From positions 6,688 to 70,687 of the forward strand of contig JACQWX010000005.1 in NCBI GenBank assembly GCA_016209035.1: 64,000 nucleotides of DNA, read 5' to 3'. Both the position numbers and the translations under genes were made by a program. This DNA comes from Elusimicrobiota bacterium. GTDB lineage: Bacteria; Elusimicrobiota; Elusimicrobia; UBA1565; UBA9628. Below, in pieces: positions 9,550-18,992 of this stretch. Under the pieces are notes generated by a model. The model worked only from the letters and a program-made list of their open reading frames with translations, searched no databases and was not told the origin of the DNA. Numbering within the stretch: the first letter of the stretch is position 1; each line of letters begins with the position of its first letter.

Positions 9550-10351
9550 ATGGCAGGTATCCGAGGCTCTTGGCCGTGGCCTCGTCCAGGTGGGTGACCG
9601 GAAGCCGTCCTCGATTAGGAACATCCTGTTCCCGCTTGACCAAAACGCCCTCCCGTTCCAGTTGGCCAATCGCGTCTCGCTTATCCTTCGCCGTTCCGGG
9701 GATTGCCTGTCTCTTGTCTTGTGCCCAACTGTCAATCAATTTGAAAGTCCAGTACTTCAGTGGCGCAGGGCCCTTGTGGACCATTGCCACAATCATCTTC
9801 CGGACTTCCAAGGGGTCGGCCGCTACAACCCGGGGGACTTCAACGGGGTCTTGAGGTTCCCCAGTGGCTGCCACGAGGTCTGCGGCCATGCTCCCCGGCA
9901 CTCCGATGGCGATGACGCGTTGGCCGAATTGAAAGCGAAGAAGCGTTACCAGCTTGACATAGTCGCGGTCCCCTGCAACGAGGAGAAATATTTTCTTTTC
10001 ACCATTCTTATCCGCATCTCTAGCCTGCATCACTGCATCCAGAGCAAGAACCATGTCAGCCGCATTCTTTACTCTCTCTATTGGTTTCCCGCCCGGGCCT
10101 GGTTTGGTGGTCCGCTTGACGGTCACGTTTATCGCTTCTATCCCGGCGACATCAAGCCGCCGGCGAAGTTCGGGCGGATGTTCACTGAAGTCGGCGTATG
10201 CTCTCATCACAGATGGGCGGCCATATTTCATAGCCTTGCTCACCAAGGCACCGAAATCGGGTTCCTGGCCGTGTAGATTAAGGAGGCTGTATCGAAGGTT
10301 CTCGAAGTCGATGAACATTGCGACGAACGTTTCTTTTTTCTCTTCTGGCAC
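9548..10351 (-). CDS. NYN-domain (PIN-like/LabA-DUF88) RNase with C-terminal extension
   Basis: FIDFEN, KNAADMVLALD, VAGDRDY acidic catalytic motifs; AGGAGG RBS; lower GC than flanks. Confidence 0.88.
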   Translation of the reverse strand: MPEEKKETFVAMFIDFENLRYSLLNLHGQEPDFGALVSKAMKYGRPSVMRAYADFSEHPPELRRRLDVAGIEAINVTVKRTTKPGPGGKPIERVKNAADMVLALDAVMQARDADKNGEKKIFLLVAGDRDYVKLVTLLRFQFGQRVIAIGVPGSMAADLVAATGEPQDPVEVPRVVAADPLEVRKMIVAMVHKGPAPLKYWTFKLIDSWAQDKRQAIPGTAKDKRDAIGQLEREGVLVKREQDVPNRGRLPVTHLDEATAKSLGYLP

Positions 10352-10556
10352 AGGGACTTCCTCCTGAAATTACCTTGTGAAGTTCAATGAGAACTTCATT
10401 AAGGTATTTTACCACAATCCACGCCTCGCACATTTGTAATTTCTGCGTCGAATCCTAGTTGACGTGTCTCTCCGGCTTTCGCCGTTTCCGCACCGCATCT
10501 TCCGACTTGAGCGACTCGGGGGGAGGAAGGTAGGCTGTGGTCTGAGGTGCTGCGCC

Positions 10557-10859
10557 ATGATGCGAAGCGAACCGAAAGAAAGGATCACCGTCGGGGCGGC
10601 GAAGGCGCTACTGGCCCGGGCCAAGCAGGCCTACGAGGTCGGAGACGTCCTCACGGCCCACAGGCTGGCGGTCAAGGCGTTGCTCTGGGCCAACGACTGC
10701 CTGCATTCGCTCCAGTTGAGGAAGGCGGCGTTCAGGGACAACACCCTGTACGTCAGGAAACTCGGGCTGGGGCCGAAGGGGAAGGGCTGGAGCGTGACCG
10801 GCGCGGCCCGGGACGGCAAGTCCCTGGTGTGGACCCGGCCGGCGCGCAAGCCTCGGTAA
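10557..10859 (+). CDS. Hypothetical protein
   Basis: ORF with GAGGTG RBS and GC-rich third positions. Confidence 0.5.
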   Translation: MMRSEPKERITVGAAKALLARAKQAYEVGDVLTAHRLAVKALLWANDCLHSLQLRKAAFRDNTLYVRKLGLGPKGKGWSVTGAARDGKSLVWTRPARKPR

Positions 10860-10916
10860 TTCGCAAGCCTTCGCCATTCTTGGCCGCCTCCTGCGTCGGT
10901 ATGGGCAGGGGGCGGC

Positions 10917-11159
10917 ATGGACTACCTGCTCAAGGACCCGGACGAGATGTCGCCAGGGGAGCGGCTGGATGCTCTGGCCGAGGTCCTGGCTGAGGGTTTC
11001 GTCTACCTGGCCGCAAACGGACTCCTGGACGACGTGCTCGGGAAAGTGGCCGAAGCGGGGCAGGGGGAATCCGCGAAGAAGGCCGCGGAATCGCCTTGCT
11101 TTCCAGCCGAACACCGTCTATCCTTCCTTCCTGACAAGGGAGGTGGACCGAGCGAATGA
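10917..11159 (+). CDS. Small protein coupled to the recombinase (possible directionality factor)
   Basis: 80 aa, ATGA overlap with recombinase start. Confidence 0.55.
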   Translation: MDYLLKDPDEMSPGERLDALAEVLAEGFVYLAANGLLDDVLGKVAEAGQGESAKKAAESPCFPAEHRLSFLPDKGGGPSE

Positions 11160-12985
11160 GCACGAACAACGAGTCCGGGAACGGGAACGGCAAGGCGGGG
11201 CCGGTCTGGATCGCGGTCTACACGCGCAAGTCGAACGACGAGAACCTCAATATCGAGGTGACGTCCATCGACAACCAGAAGGCCTGCTGCCGCAGCTACA
11301 TCGAAATCCAGAAGCAGAAGGGCTGGCGGGAGTACCCCGAGACCTTCGACGACCCGGCCCAGTCGGGCAAGAGCCTGGAGCGGCCGGCCATGAAGCGCAT
11401 CCTGCAGCGCATCCAGGAGGGCAAGGTCCAGGGCGTCATCGTCTACAAGCTCGACCGCCTGACGCGCAACTCAAGGGATTTCCACGGCCTGCTGGAGCTC
11501 TTCGAGAAGCACGGCGTGGCCTTCATCTCGGCCACGGAGTCCATTGACACGAAGAGCCCGCAGGGCAGGCTCATGACCGCCATCATGGTCCAGTTCGCCC
11601 AGTACGACCGCGAGCTGGACCAGGAGAGGTCCAGGGATACGCACCTCGCCCGGGCGCGCAAAGGGCTTTGGTGCGCGGGCCTGCCTCCCCTGGGGTACGA
11701 CATCAAGGACAAGCTCCTGGTGGTCAACCCGCAGGAGGCGGAGCTTGTGCGCGAGATTTTCGGGCTCTACCTCAGGCACAAGTCCACCTTGGTCGTGGCC
11801 AAGGAGCTCAACCGCCTGAATTACCGGCGCAAGACCTACAAGGCGCAGGACGGGAGACTCTTGGGCGGCAAGCCATTCGACCCGGACACGGTCTGCGGGA
11901 TTCTGCGGCGCAAGGTCTACATCGGGATCATCACGAACGGGAGAAGCGGCCAGGAGTTCCCGGGCCTGCACACGCCCCTGGTGAGCCCCCGGGTGTTCGA
12001 GAAGGTCCAGGCCATCCTGGCCGGCCACCGCCTGCGCGAGGAGGCGACGCAGTACGCCAACAACAAGCACGGCTTCCTGCTCAAGGGCCTGGTCCGCTGC
12101 GGCGAGTGCGACGCGGCCATGGTCGGGTTCGTGCAGCCGAAGAAGGACAGGCGCTATCGCTACTACCGCTGCATCGGCAGGGACAATGGCCGGCGCTCCT
12201 TCTGCCCGGTCAAGTGCATCGGGGCGGACAAGATCGAGGAATTCGTGATAGAGAAGCTGGCAGTCATCGGCAGCGACCGCCCGTTCCTGGAGAGGGTGGT
12301 CGCCAAGGTCTCGAAGGAGTCCAAGAGCAAGATCCGGCCCATGAAGCGGGAGATACGGCGAATCGAGGAGCGGATTCGCGCGACCCGGCGGGAGACGCAG
12401 AACCTGCTGAACATGGTCAAGTCCGGCGGGTCTTCCCAGGAGGCCTCGGCTGAGATCAAGCGGTTGGAGGACGCCAAGCGGGAGTTGGAGGCCCGCTCGG
12501 CCGGGCTACAGGCGCAGGTCAGCCAGCGCCAGAGGGTGGTCTACGACGTGGACGCCATCGAGGGCGCGCTGCGCCGCTTCGCCAGGTTCATCTACCGGAT
12601 GCCGCGGGCCTTGCAGGTGCTGGTGTTCCGCATCCTGGTCAAACGGGTCGTTCTGCACCGGAACAAGATATCGGTGGAAATCCACGAGCTGCCTATAGGC
12701 GCTCTGGAGATGGTCATGGACAAGAGGCTCTTGGAGGCCCCCAGGGGCCTGGGCCACTGGAAGAACAACGGGGCGAACACGGGCCAGGAGGATGCTGCGG
12801 CGGCGGGTGTCGCGGGCAACGGCGGGCCGGCTGCGGGGGAACAGGCAGGGGCGGGGGACCGGGACGCGGCGGATTCGCCCATAAAAGGGCCAGTCCTCCG
12901 CCAACTCGCCACCGGAACACCGGTTTGTGAATTGGGGGAGGACTGGCGGGGTCAACGGGATTTGAACCCGCGGTCTCTGCCTTGA
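11156..12985 (+). CDS. Large serine recombinase (integrase)
   Basis: VYTRKS catalytic Ser, DRLTR, recombinase domain (PPLGY..YIG), Zn ribbon CGEC..C..C, coiled coil. Confidence 0.93.
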   Translation: MSTNNESGNGNGKAGPVWIAVYTRKSNDENLNIEVTSIDNQKACCRSYIEIQKQKGWREYPETFDDPAQSGKSLERPAMKRILQRIQEGKVQGVIVYKLDRLTRNSRDFHGLLELFEKHGVAFISATESIDTKSPQGRLMTAIMVQFAQYDRELDQERSRDTHLARARKGLWCAGLPPLGYDIKDKLLVVNPQEAELVREIFGLYLRHKSTLVVAKELNRLNYRRKTYKAQDGRLLGGKPFDPDTVCGILRRKVYIGIITNGRSGQEFPGLHTPLVSPRVFEKVQAILAGHRLREEATQYANNKHGFLLKGLVRCGECDAAMVGFVQPKKDRRYRYYRCIGRDNGRRSFCPVKCIGADKIEEFVIEKLAVIGSDRPFLERVVAKVSKESKSKIRPMKREIRRIEERIRATRRETQNLLNMVKSGGSSQEASAEIKRLEDAKRELEARSAGLQAQVSQRQRVVYDVDAIEGALRRFARFIYRMPRALQVLVFRILVKRVVLHRNKISVEIHELPIGALEMVMDKRLLEAPRGLGHWKNNGANTGQEDAAAAGVAGNGGPAAGEQAGAGDRDAADSPIKGPVLRQLATGTPVCELGEDWRGQRDLNPRSLP

Positions 12986-13022
12986 CAGGGCAGCGTGTTA
13001 GACCAGGCTACACCATGACCCC
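12944..13022 (-). tRNA. tRNA-Asp(GTC)
   Basis: GGGGTCA...CTGCC-CTGTCAA-GGCAG...GGTTCAAATCC...TGACCCC-G-CCA cloverleaf. Confidence 0.96.
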
Positions 13023-13113
13023 TTGAACCGAGAGGGAACGAAGCCCCCTCTCGGAGATATTATGATTTTTCCTTCCTCCGCTCAAGCCGACGCCGCGGCG
13101 TCCGCGCCGTCGC

Positions 13114-16100
13114 TCATCTCGACGCGTAGACGTAGCCGACCGTGGCGTGCATGTCCTTGAAGGCCACGGACTCGCTCGAGGGAAGCGTGATCCCCGAGTC
13201 GCCGGCCGTGGTCTTTCGCAGGCTCTCCACGCCGCGGACCACCACGATGCCGGGCTCTCCGGGCTTGCCAGGGAGCTCGCGGGTCAGGACGACCAGGGTG
13301 TCGAACATGTCGTACGAGGGGAGCTTCAGGCCCTCGCGAAGGTTGTCGATGTCCTGGGGCTTGGGGCCTTGGTCGCCGTACCAGTTCTCGCGGCCGCGGG
13401 CCATCCGGCGGCCGTGTTGGTCGGAGAACCCGGCCTTGGAGTAGGCGCGCTGGGCGGCCTTGAACTTGGCCTTGTAGTCCGCGCCTTCGAATGAGTTGAG
13501 GCCTTCGTTGAGAGGCGTCTCCCCTTTGGGGGTCGCGGGGCCGCGGGTGTTGAGGTAGCGGATGGCGCCGAGGAGCGAGCCGGCGCCGAGGGCGAGCGCC
13601 CCGGCGAGGAAGCTGCCGGCGAGGATGAGCTGGCCGCCCGCGGCGAGCAGGCCGCCCGTCAGGGCGCCGACCACGGCGCCCGGCAGGTCGAACTGCCAGC
13701 CGCCGTTCTCGCCTCGCGGCACGCTTCCGAGGAGGAACCCCAAGAAGGCGCCGACGCCGGCTGCGATCTTGGTCGCGGTCGTGATCGAGGCGCCCAGGCC
13801 GGCGAGGGATCCGCCGCTGGTCGCGAGGCTGCCTGCCAGCAAGGTCCCGGTTGCCGCGCCGGCGATGAGGGGCCAGCCGAGGAGGGCCGCCGCCAGCAGC
13901 AGGGCTCCGACGGTCAGCGCGATGGCAGCTCCCTTGCCCAGGGCGGGGTCGGACTTCTTCACGAAGGAGGCCGGGGCGGGGGTGGGCTCATCGCCCGGCG
14001 CGGAATAGGGGTCCCAGAACCGGAAGGGATCCTCGGCCCTCTCGTTGGGCTTGCCTTTGGTGGCGTTGTAGATGCCGAAGGCCAGGGCCATGACGAGGCC
14101 CACGGGCAGGAGGAACGCCATCTTCAGCAGGTAGAACGCCTGGCCGAGCCTGAACATGACGAAGCTCACGCCCGCCTTGACGGTGGGCCGGCCGCTGGGG
14201 CTCGCGGACTTCTCGTCCATGGCCTTGAGGAAGCCCCGGGAGTAGTACTTGAAGAACTCCTGGGAGCTGTCTCCCTCGACCATGGACTCCCAGACGCGGG
14301 CCGTGCCGGAGAAGAACCGGGTCGCGCGGGAGTCGGGCCAGAGCTCGTGCGACAGGCCCCACAGGAAGTTCAGGGGCGCGCGGACGACGCCGAGAGCCAG
14401 GCCCACCGCGCCGGCCAGCACGAACTCCACGAGCTGGCTGATCCACATGGGCACCCAGATGACCGAGAGCCACGCCCCGTTCCACACGGTCTTGTCGAGC
14501 CAGTAGCTCGCGTGGGACCGCAGGTTGCGGTAGAACTTGGTGTCGTGGTTCCAGGAGCTGAAGAGCTCGTAGGAATTGCGGACGCTGGCGTAGATGCGGT
14601 AGAAGACGGCCCCCAGGCCCGTGAAGATGGGCTTGGGCAGGTGCATGAGCAGGAGCGGGCTCAGCAGATAGGCGCCCGCGGTGAGCGCCGTGGCCACGAG
14701 GCCGGTCGCGCCGGTGAAGACGAGGCCCGCCCCGGTCATGAGCGCCAGCGCCCCGAAGTAGGCGCCGATGCGCTCGCCCGAGTCCATGGAGAACTCGTCG
14801 GGGTCCTCGGCCTTGCGGCTCAGGAACCGCATGAGGCCCCACCCGCCCAGGATGTTCGCCACCGACATCCAGAAGGCGTTGGTCTTGGCCGTGGCCAGGA
14901 GCAGCGCGCCGATGCCGATGGGCCCGACCATGAAGGTCAGGTAGGGGATGAGAACCCCCTGCAGAATCATGAGCACGCCCGGCAGGATGCGCAGGACCTT
15001 GGCGGTCTTGGCCGGCATGAAGGGCAGGAGCGCCAGGCTCAGGGTGACGGCGCCGTAGAACACGCCGACCATCGGGGACGCGAGGTAGAGCGGCCAGCCG
15101 AGGAACACGGCCGGGAGCAGTGCGATGGCGGAGGCGATGAGGCGCGGGACCAACGTGCTGCCCGGAGGCGGCGCGGGCTGGTCCGGGTCCGCGGGCTCCT
15201 CGGGCTTCTCGCCCGGGCTGTCGTCGGTGTCGACGCGCAGGGAGGAGGGGCTGTGCTTCGCGGGGTCGTAGGCCTCCGAGGTCTTGGCGAAGGCGAAGGC
15301 GACCCCGCCGAGGAACAGGAACGGCGTGGCCGCCACGGCCAGGACCGCCGCGCCCAACGACATCAGGTAGATGCCCAGGGTGGCCGGGATGCTCAGGGCC
15401 TTGGACTTGGAGTTGGCCGCGCCGATGAGGAGCTTCTCAGCCCGGTTGAAGAGGGCTTTCTTGGCGCCTTGGACATTGTCGAACATGAAGTGCGCCACGG
15501 CCGCGAAGTACTTGGTAACGCGCGATTCCCTGGAGAGGCGGTGCGAGGCGCCCCAGAGGAACATGACAGGCGCCTGCATGGCCGAGAGGGCCAGCCACGA
15601 GACGATGCCGGCGGCCCAGCCGACCATCTGGAGGGTCCAGACCGGGATCCAGAGGCCCGCGAGCCAGACCGCGTTCCACTTGGAAACCTTCAGATGCCTC
15701 TCGGAAAAGGCCTTCAGGCGGTCGACGAGCGGGGTGTCGCGCCAGGCCGCTCCCATGATGCGTCCCACGCCTTTGACGCCGTAGTACGCGGCGCCGAAGG
15801 CGGTGCTGATGCCGTAGCCGACCCAGCTCGGCAGGTGCATGAGCAGGAGAGCGGCCATGGGATAGGACAAGACGGTGAAGCCCAGCGCTATCCAGCCGGC
15901 CGGGCCGATGAGGGCCAGGGCCGCGCCGGTCAGCGCGCCGACGCCTCCGAAGTACGCGCTCAGCGCGGCCTCGGTGTCCCAGCGGTCGCGGACGCTCTTG
16001 CCGAGGCCGTAGCGGACGAGTCCCCAGCCGCCGAGGGCGGCCAAGGCGCCGATCCAAAGGCCGCTCCCGCCGGTCAGGGCATTGAAGACCGTGAAAGCCC

Positions 16101-17031
16101 CGAGGGCCGCGAGCGAGAAGCCGGGGATGGCACGGATCGCCTTCGGTGTGCCCTCGCCCATGAAGGGAAGGGCGGCCATCAGGACGCTGGTGGCGATGAC
16201 CGCGCCGCCCGCGTAGAGGGCGCCGGCCGCGAGCAGCGGCCAGCCCAGGATCGCGGCGGGGAGGAGCGCCAGGGCCGAAGCGAAGATCCTCGCGCCCAGG
16301 GGTTGCTTGCGGGACCGCGGAGCCTGCGGCTCGGCGTCAGAGACGGAGGGCTGGGCCTCGGGGTTGGGAGAGACCTCGGCCGGGGAGGGCGCCGCGTCCG
16401 GCGCCGCGAGCCGGGACACCCCGGCGCTGGCGTTGAGGTCGCCGAACTTGGCGGACGACGGGACGAGGGCGACATCAGAGGAGAAAGCCTGCTTGGCGCG
16501 GGTGATGATGGAGTCGAGCTTCATGCCGAGGCCATGCGCGCCCTCGGTCCGGGCTTTGGAGATGTCGCCCGTGGCCTCGAGGGCCTGGCCGACTTCCCCG
16601 GACATGCCGGCGAGCGTATCCTCGATGCTCTGGACCGGCGCGGCTTCCTGCACGGTCTCGGGCGCCGCGATGGGGACTACGGGCAGTCGGACCGGCGTCT
16701 GGAACATCACCGGCACGGCCACGGGGAGCCCCGCGTGGGACTCCAGGGTTTGGACCGGAGTCTCCTTGATAGAGGGCGCCGCGACGCCGGGGAGCGTGCT
16801 CCCGAGGTTCGCGGTGTCGAGCGTCAAAGGCGAGACCGTCATGGACCCGCCGGTGAGGACCTTGATGGTCCCGACCTGGCCCGAGCCTGGGGTCGCGGCC
16901 TGGTAGCCGACCTTGGTCCCCGTGACCTGCTGGGCCGCGGCTTCGTAGGCCGCGAAGCCCGGGCTCAGGACGACGAGGGAAAGGGAGATGACGACGGCGA
17001 CGACGGACTTGAAGATAGAGACGCGACGCAT
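13114..17031 (-). CDS. ~1300-aa polytopic membrane protein with internal duplication
   Basis: Signal-like N-term MRRVSIFKSVVAV with AGGAGG RBS; two homologous multi-TM units. Confidence 0.8.
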   Translation of the reverse strand: MRRVSIFKSVVAVVISLSLVVLSPGFAAYEAAAQQVTGTKVGYQAATPGSGQVGTIKVLTGGSMTVSPLTLDTANLGSTLPGVAAPSIKETPVQTLESHAGLPVAVPVMFQTPVRLPVVPIAAPETVQEAAPVQSIEDTLAGMSGEVGQALEATGDISKARTEGAHGLGMKLDSIITRAKQAFSSDVALVPSSAKFGDLNASAGVSRLAAPDAAPSPAEVSPNPEAQPSVSDAEPQAPRSRKQPLGARIFASALALLPAAILGWPLLAAGALYAGGAVIATSVLMAALPFMGEGTPKAIRAIPGFSLAALGAFTVFNALTGGSGLWIGALAALGGWGLVRYGLGKSVRDRWDTEAALSAYFGGVGALTGAALALIGPAGWIALGFTVLSYPMAALLLMHLPSWVGYGISTAFGAAYYGVKGVGRIMGAAWRDTPLVDRLKAFSERHLKVSKWNAVWLAGLWIPVWTLQMVGWAAGIVSWLALSAMQAPVMFLWGASHRLSRESRVTKYFAAVAHFMFDNVQGAKKALFNRAEKLLIGAANSKSKALSIPATLGIYLMSLGAAVLAVAATPFLFLGGVAFAFAKTSEAYDPAKHSPSSLRVDTDDSPGEKPEEPADPDQPAPPPGSTLVPRLIASAIALLPAVFLGWPLYLASPMVGVFYGAVTLSLALLPFMPAKTAKVLRILPGVLMILQGVLIPYLTFMVGPIGIGALLLATAKTNAFWMSVANILGGWGLMRFLSRKAEDPDEFSMDSGERIGAYFGALALMTGAGLVFTGATGLVATALTAGAYLLSPLLLMHLPKPIFTGLGAVFYRIYASVRNSYELFSSWNHDTKFYRNLRSHASYWLDKTVWNGAWLSVIWVPMWISQLVEFVLAGAVGLALGVVRAPLNFLWGLSHELWPDSRATRFFSGTARVWESMVEGDSSQEFFKYYSRGFLKAMDEKSASPSGRPTVKAGVSFVMFRLGQAFYLLKMAFLLPVGLVMALAFGIYNATKGKPNERAEDPFRFWDPYSAPGDEPTPAPASFVKKSDPALGKGAAIALTVGALLLAAALLGWPLIAGAATGTLLAGSLATSGGSLAGLGASITTATKIAAGVGAFLGFLLGSVPRGENGGWQFDLPGAVVGALTGGLLAAGGQLILAGSFLAGALALGAGSLLGAIRYLNTRGPATPKGETPLNEGLNSFEGADYKAKFKAAQRAYSKAGFSDQHGRRMARGRENWYGDQGPKPQDIDNLREGLKLPSYDMFDTLVVLTRELPGKPGEPGIVVVRGVESLRKTTAGDSGITLPSSESVAFKDMHATVGYVYASR

Positions 17032-17196
17032 GGACTTTGCTCCTCCTGCCTGATTTTCTGGAACCATTATCCGAAAGTCGCCTGCATGGCTGGATGGGTC
17101 CAGAGGGGAGATTCCAGGAGGATTTGGGCCTACGGTGATTTGCACCGACTGCCAGGCGAGGTCCCAGAAACCTCGGGCCTTGGGTCCTGGGTGCGC

Positions 17197-17661
17197 CTAG
17201 GGGGCCGGCTCCTTCGGATCCGAGGGCTTCGCGGACCCGCGCAGGGCCCAAAGGCGGTAGAGGATGGGGGACGCTCCGAGCACGACCCCGGAGAGGATGC
17301 CGAACCTGACCTGGCCGGCGGGCGTCGGGAACCAAGTCTCAGCGAGGACGATCCCGAAGAAGCAGCCGGCCGCGGCCATGAACAAAGCCAGCAGGCCCGC
17401 GGCGAACCAATCCGCGAAGAATCGGAACGGCTTGCTCTCCATGATCCTGTTGACCCACGGTATCTCCGAGACGGCTCCCAGGGCAAGACCGATGCCGACG
17501 AGGGCCGCGAGGATGCCCACGAAGACGGCGACGGCGATGACCGCGGCCAGGATGCCGCGGCCGATGGAGGGCTGGCGGATCGCGGCGGCCAAGGCGACCA
17601 CGATGAGCGCGACGAGCAGGGGGAGCTCGTAGAGGGTGCCCCGCTGGTCGTTCAGCCGCAT
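17197..17661 (-). CDS. Small integral membrane protein
   Basis: About four hydrophobic segments. Confidence 0.65.
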   Translation of the reverse strand: MRLNDQRGTLYELPLLVALIVVALAAAIRQPSIGRGILAAVIAVAVFVGILAALVGIGLALGAVSEIPWVNRIMESKPFRFFADWFAAGLLALFMAAAGCFFGIVLAETWFPTPAGQVRFGILSGVVLGASPILYRLWALRGSAKPSDPKEPAP

Positions 17662-17686
17662 GGGTTCCGGCGGCCTCCTCCCGGGG

Positions 17687-18196
17687 TCACTCCGGGTCCC
17701 CGCCCTGGATGTCGGCGATGGTGGACCCTGGCGGGAGGTCCTTGACCTGCTTGTGGACCTGGCCGAGCATGGACAGGTGGACCTGCCAGTCGGTCGGTTC
17801 GAAGTTGTCGGGGGTCAGGTTCCCTCCGAGCACGATGGGATGCTTGGCGGAGAGGCATTGCCCGGCTCCGAGCTTCGCCCCCCTGTCCAGGAGCCTGCGG
17901 ACCAGGTCCACGCGCAGCCACCCGGCCGCTTGCGGCGAAGTCCTGAGGGCGGCCGGCAGGTCCCCCGGAGCCAATCCCGTCCTGACGAAGGTCCCTGTGA
18001 AGGTGTCGAGGAAGTAGACCACTTCCGCGCGGCTGAAGAACCCCTCGGTCTTGACCACGAAAGCGTCTCCCATCGCGGTCACGAGCAGAGGACGCGCGCC
18101 GCGGCCCATCAGCCACCGCCAGTCATCGAGAGCGCCTTGCGCAGAGAGGTCGGCGATCTGCGCGACGAGCTTCGAGAGGTCCGGGTCCTGCGCCAT
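17687..18196 (-). CDS. DUF1851/T6SS immunity Tdi1-like protein
   Basis: VTAMGDAF, GQCLSAKHPIVLGGNLTPDNF, HLSMLGQVHKQVKDLPPG; AGGAGG RBS. Confidence 0.7.
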   Translation of the reverse strand: MAQDPDLSKLVAQIADLSAQGALDDWRWLMGRGARPLLVTAMGDAFVVKTEGFFSRAEVVYFLDTFTGTFVRTGLAPGDLPAALRTSPQAAGWLRVDLVRRLLDRGAKLGAGQCLSAKHPIVLGGNLTPDNFEPTDWQVHLSMLGQVHKQVKDLPPGSTIADIQGGDPE

Positions 18197-18218
18197 GAGG
18201 CCTCCTGGCCGATGATCG

Positions 18219-18293
18219 TGGTGGGCCGTGCAGGATTCGAACCTGCGACCCTTCGCGTGTAAGGCGAATGCTCTACCGCTGAGCTAACGGCCC
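18219..18293 (-). tRNA. tRNA-Val(TAC)
   Basis: GGGCCGTTAGCTCAGCGGTAGAGC-A-TTCGC-CTTACAC-GCGAA...GGTTCGAATCC...ACGGCCC-A-CCA. Confidence 0.96.
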
Positions 18294-18385
18294 GATTCGC
18301 TCTCATTCTACAACACTTACCATGAGTTGGGGGCGGTCGGCGGGAGGGGCAATGACATCTGTACACTTTTCTGTTACTTTGGGCT

Positions 18386-18694
18386 GTGGCGATACATACC
18401 CTGCCGACAACCGAAGCCCGGAGCAGGTTCCTCTCCATGGTCAAGGACGTGGACAAGACCTTCACGCGCTATGTCATCACCCACAGGGGTAAGCCCCAGG
18501 CCGTGATGATGGCCGTCGACGAGTACGAAGGGTGGCTTGAGACCCTGGAGATCTTCCGCTCGGAATCCTGGACGCGCGCGCTCTCCAGGGCGCGGCGCGA
18601 GGAGCGCGCGGGCCGCAGGCTCTCCTACGAAGCCGTGGTCGGCCCCACGGCCTCCGTCCGCGCTTCCCGCGAGAAAACCGCCGCCCGCCGGTGA
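18386..18694 (+). CDS. Phd/YefM antitoxin
   Basis: TEARSRF..YVITHRGKPQAVMMAVDEYEGWLETLEI; TGTACA box at 18360-18365 upstream. Confidence 0.88.
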   Translation: MAIHTLPTTEARSRFLSMVKDVDKTFTRYVITHRGKPQAVMMAVDEYEGWLETLEIFRSESWTRALSRARREERAGRRLSYEAVVGPTASVRASREKTAARR

Positions 18695-18948
18695 GCTGGC
18701 TTCACATCGAGTTCCTGCCCTCGGCGGCGGCGGACTTCCGCGCGCTCCCATCGGACATCAAATCCCGGGTCATCCTGTCCCTCGATATCATCGGCCGCGA
18801 TCCCAATGCCGGCAAGCCCCTGCAGGGCCCCTACTCGGGCCTGCGCTCTTTGCCGGTCGGCGACTACCGGGTCGTCTACCGGTGGGACGCTAGGAACTGG
18901 GTCGTCCTCATCCAGTGCATCGGCCACCGGAGGGACATCGACCGCTGA
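18691..18948 (+). CDS. RelE/ParE-family toxin
   Basis: GKPLQG..LRSLPVGDYRVVY..IGHRRDI; GTGA overlap with antitoxin. Confidence 0.88.
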   Translation: MSWLHIEFLPSAAADFRALPSDIKSRVILSLDIIGRDPNAGKPLQGPYSGLRSLPVGDYRVVYRWDARNWVVLIQCIGHRRDIDR

Positions 18949-18992
18949 TCTCAGGCGGATGGATATGCGCATTTTGTAGTATTCTCCCCATC

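Larger units (their letters stand above)
1..12985. mobile_element. Right part of a prophage/integrative element at the tRNA-Asp 3' end (left end outside window)
   Basis: Integrase abutting tRNA 3' end; repressor, sigma and phage replication module. Confidence 0.85.

Noticed and set aside
13028..13054. Hairpin CCGAGAGGG...CCCTCTCGG beside tRNA-Asp
   Set aside because: Probably an ordinary tRNA leader or terminator hairpin; nothing further supports a separate feature.
14347..17745. Very long ORFs antisense or frame-shifted to real genes (also 25400-27781, 57609-60359, 54833-56800)
   Set aside because: Shadow ORFs caused by high GC and codon bias; no motifs, and they overlap well-supported genes.
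18949..18992. glmS ribozyme upstream of glmS
   Set aside because: Only ~45 nt of intergenic space and no consensus.
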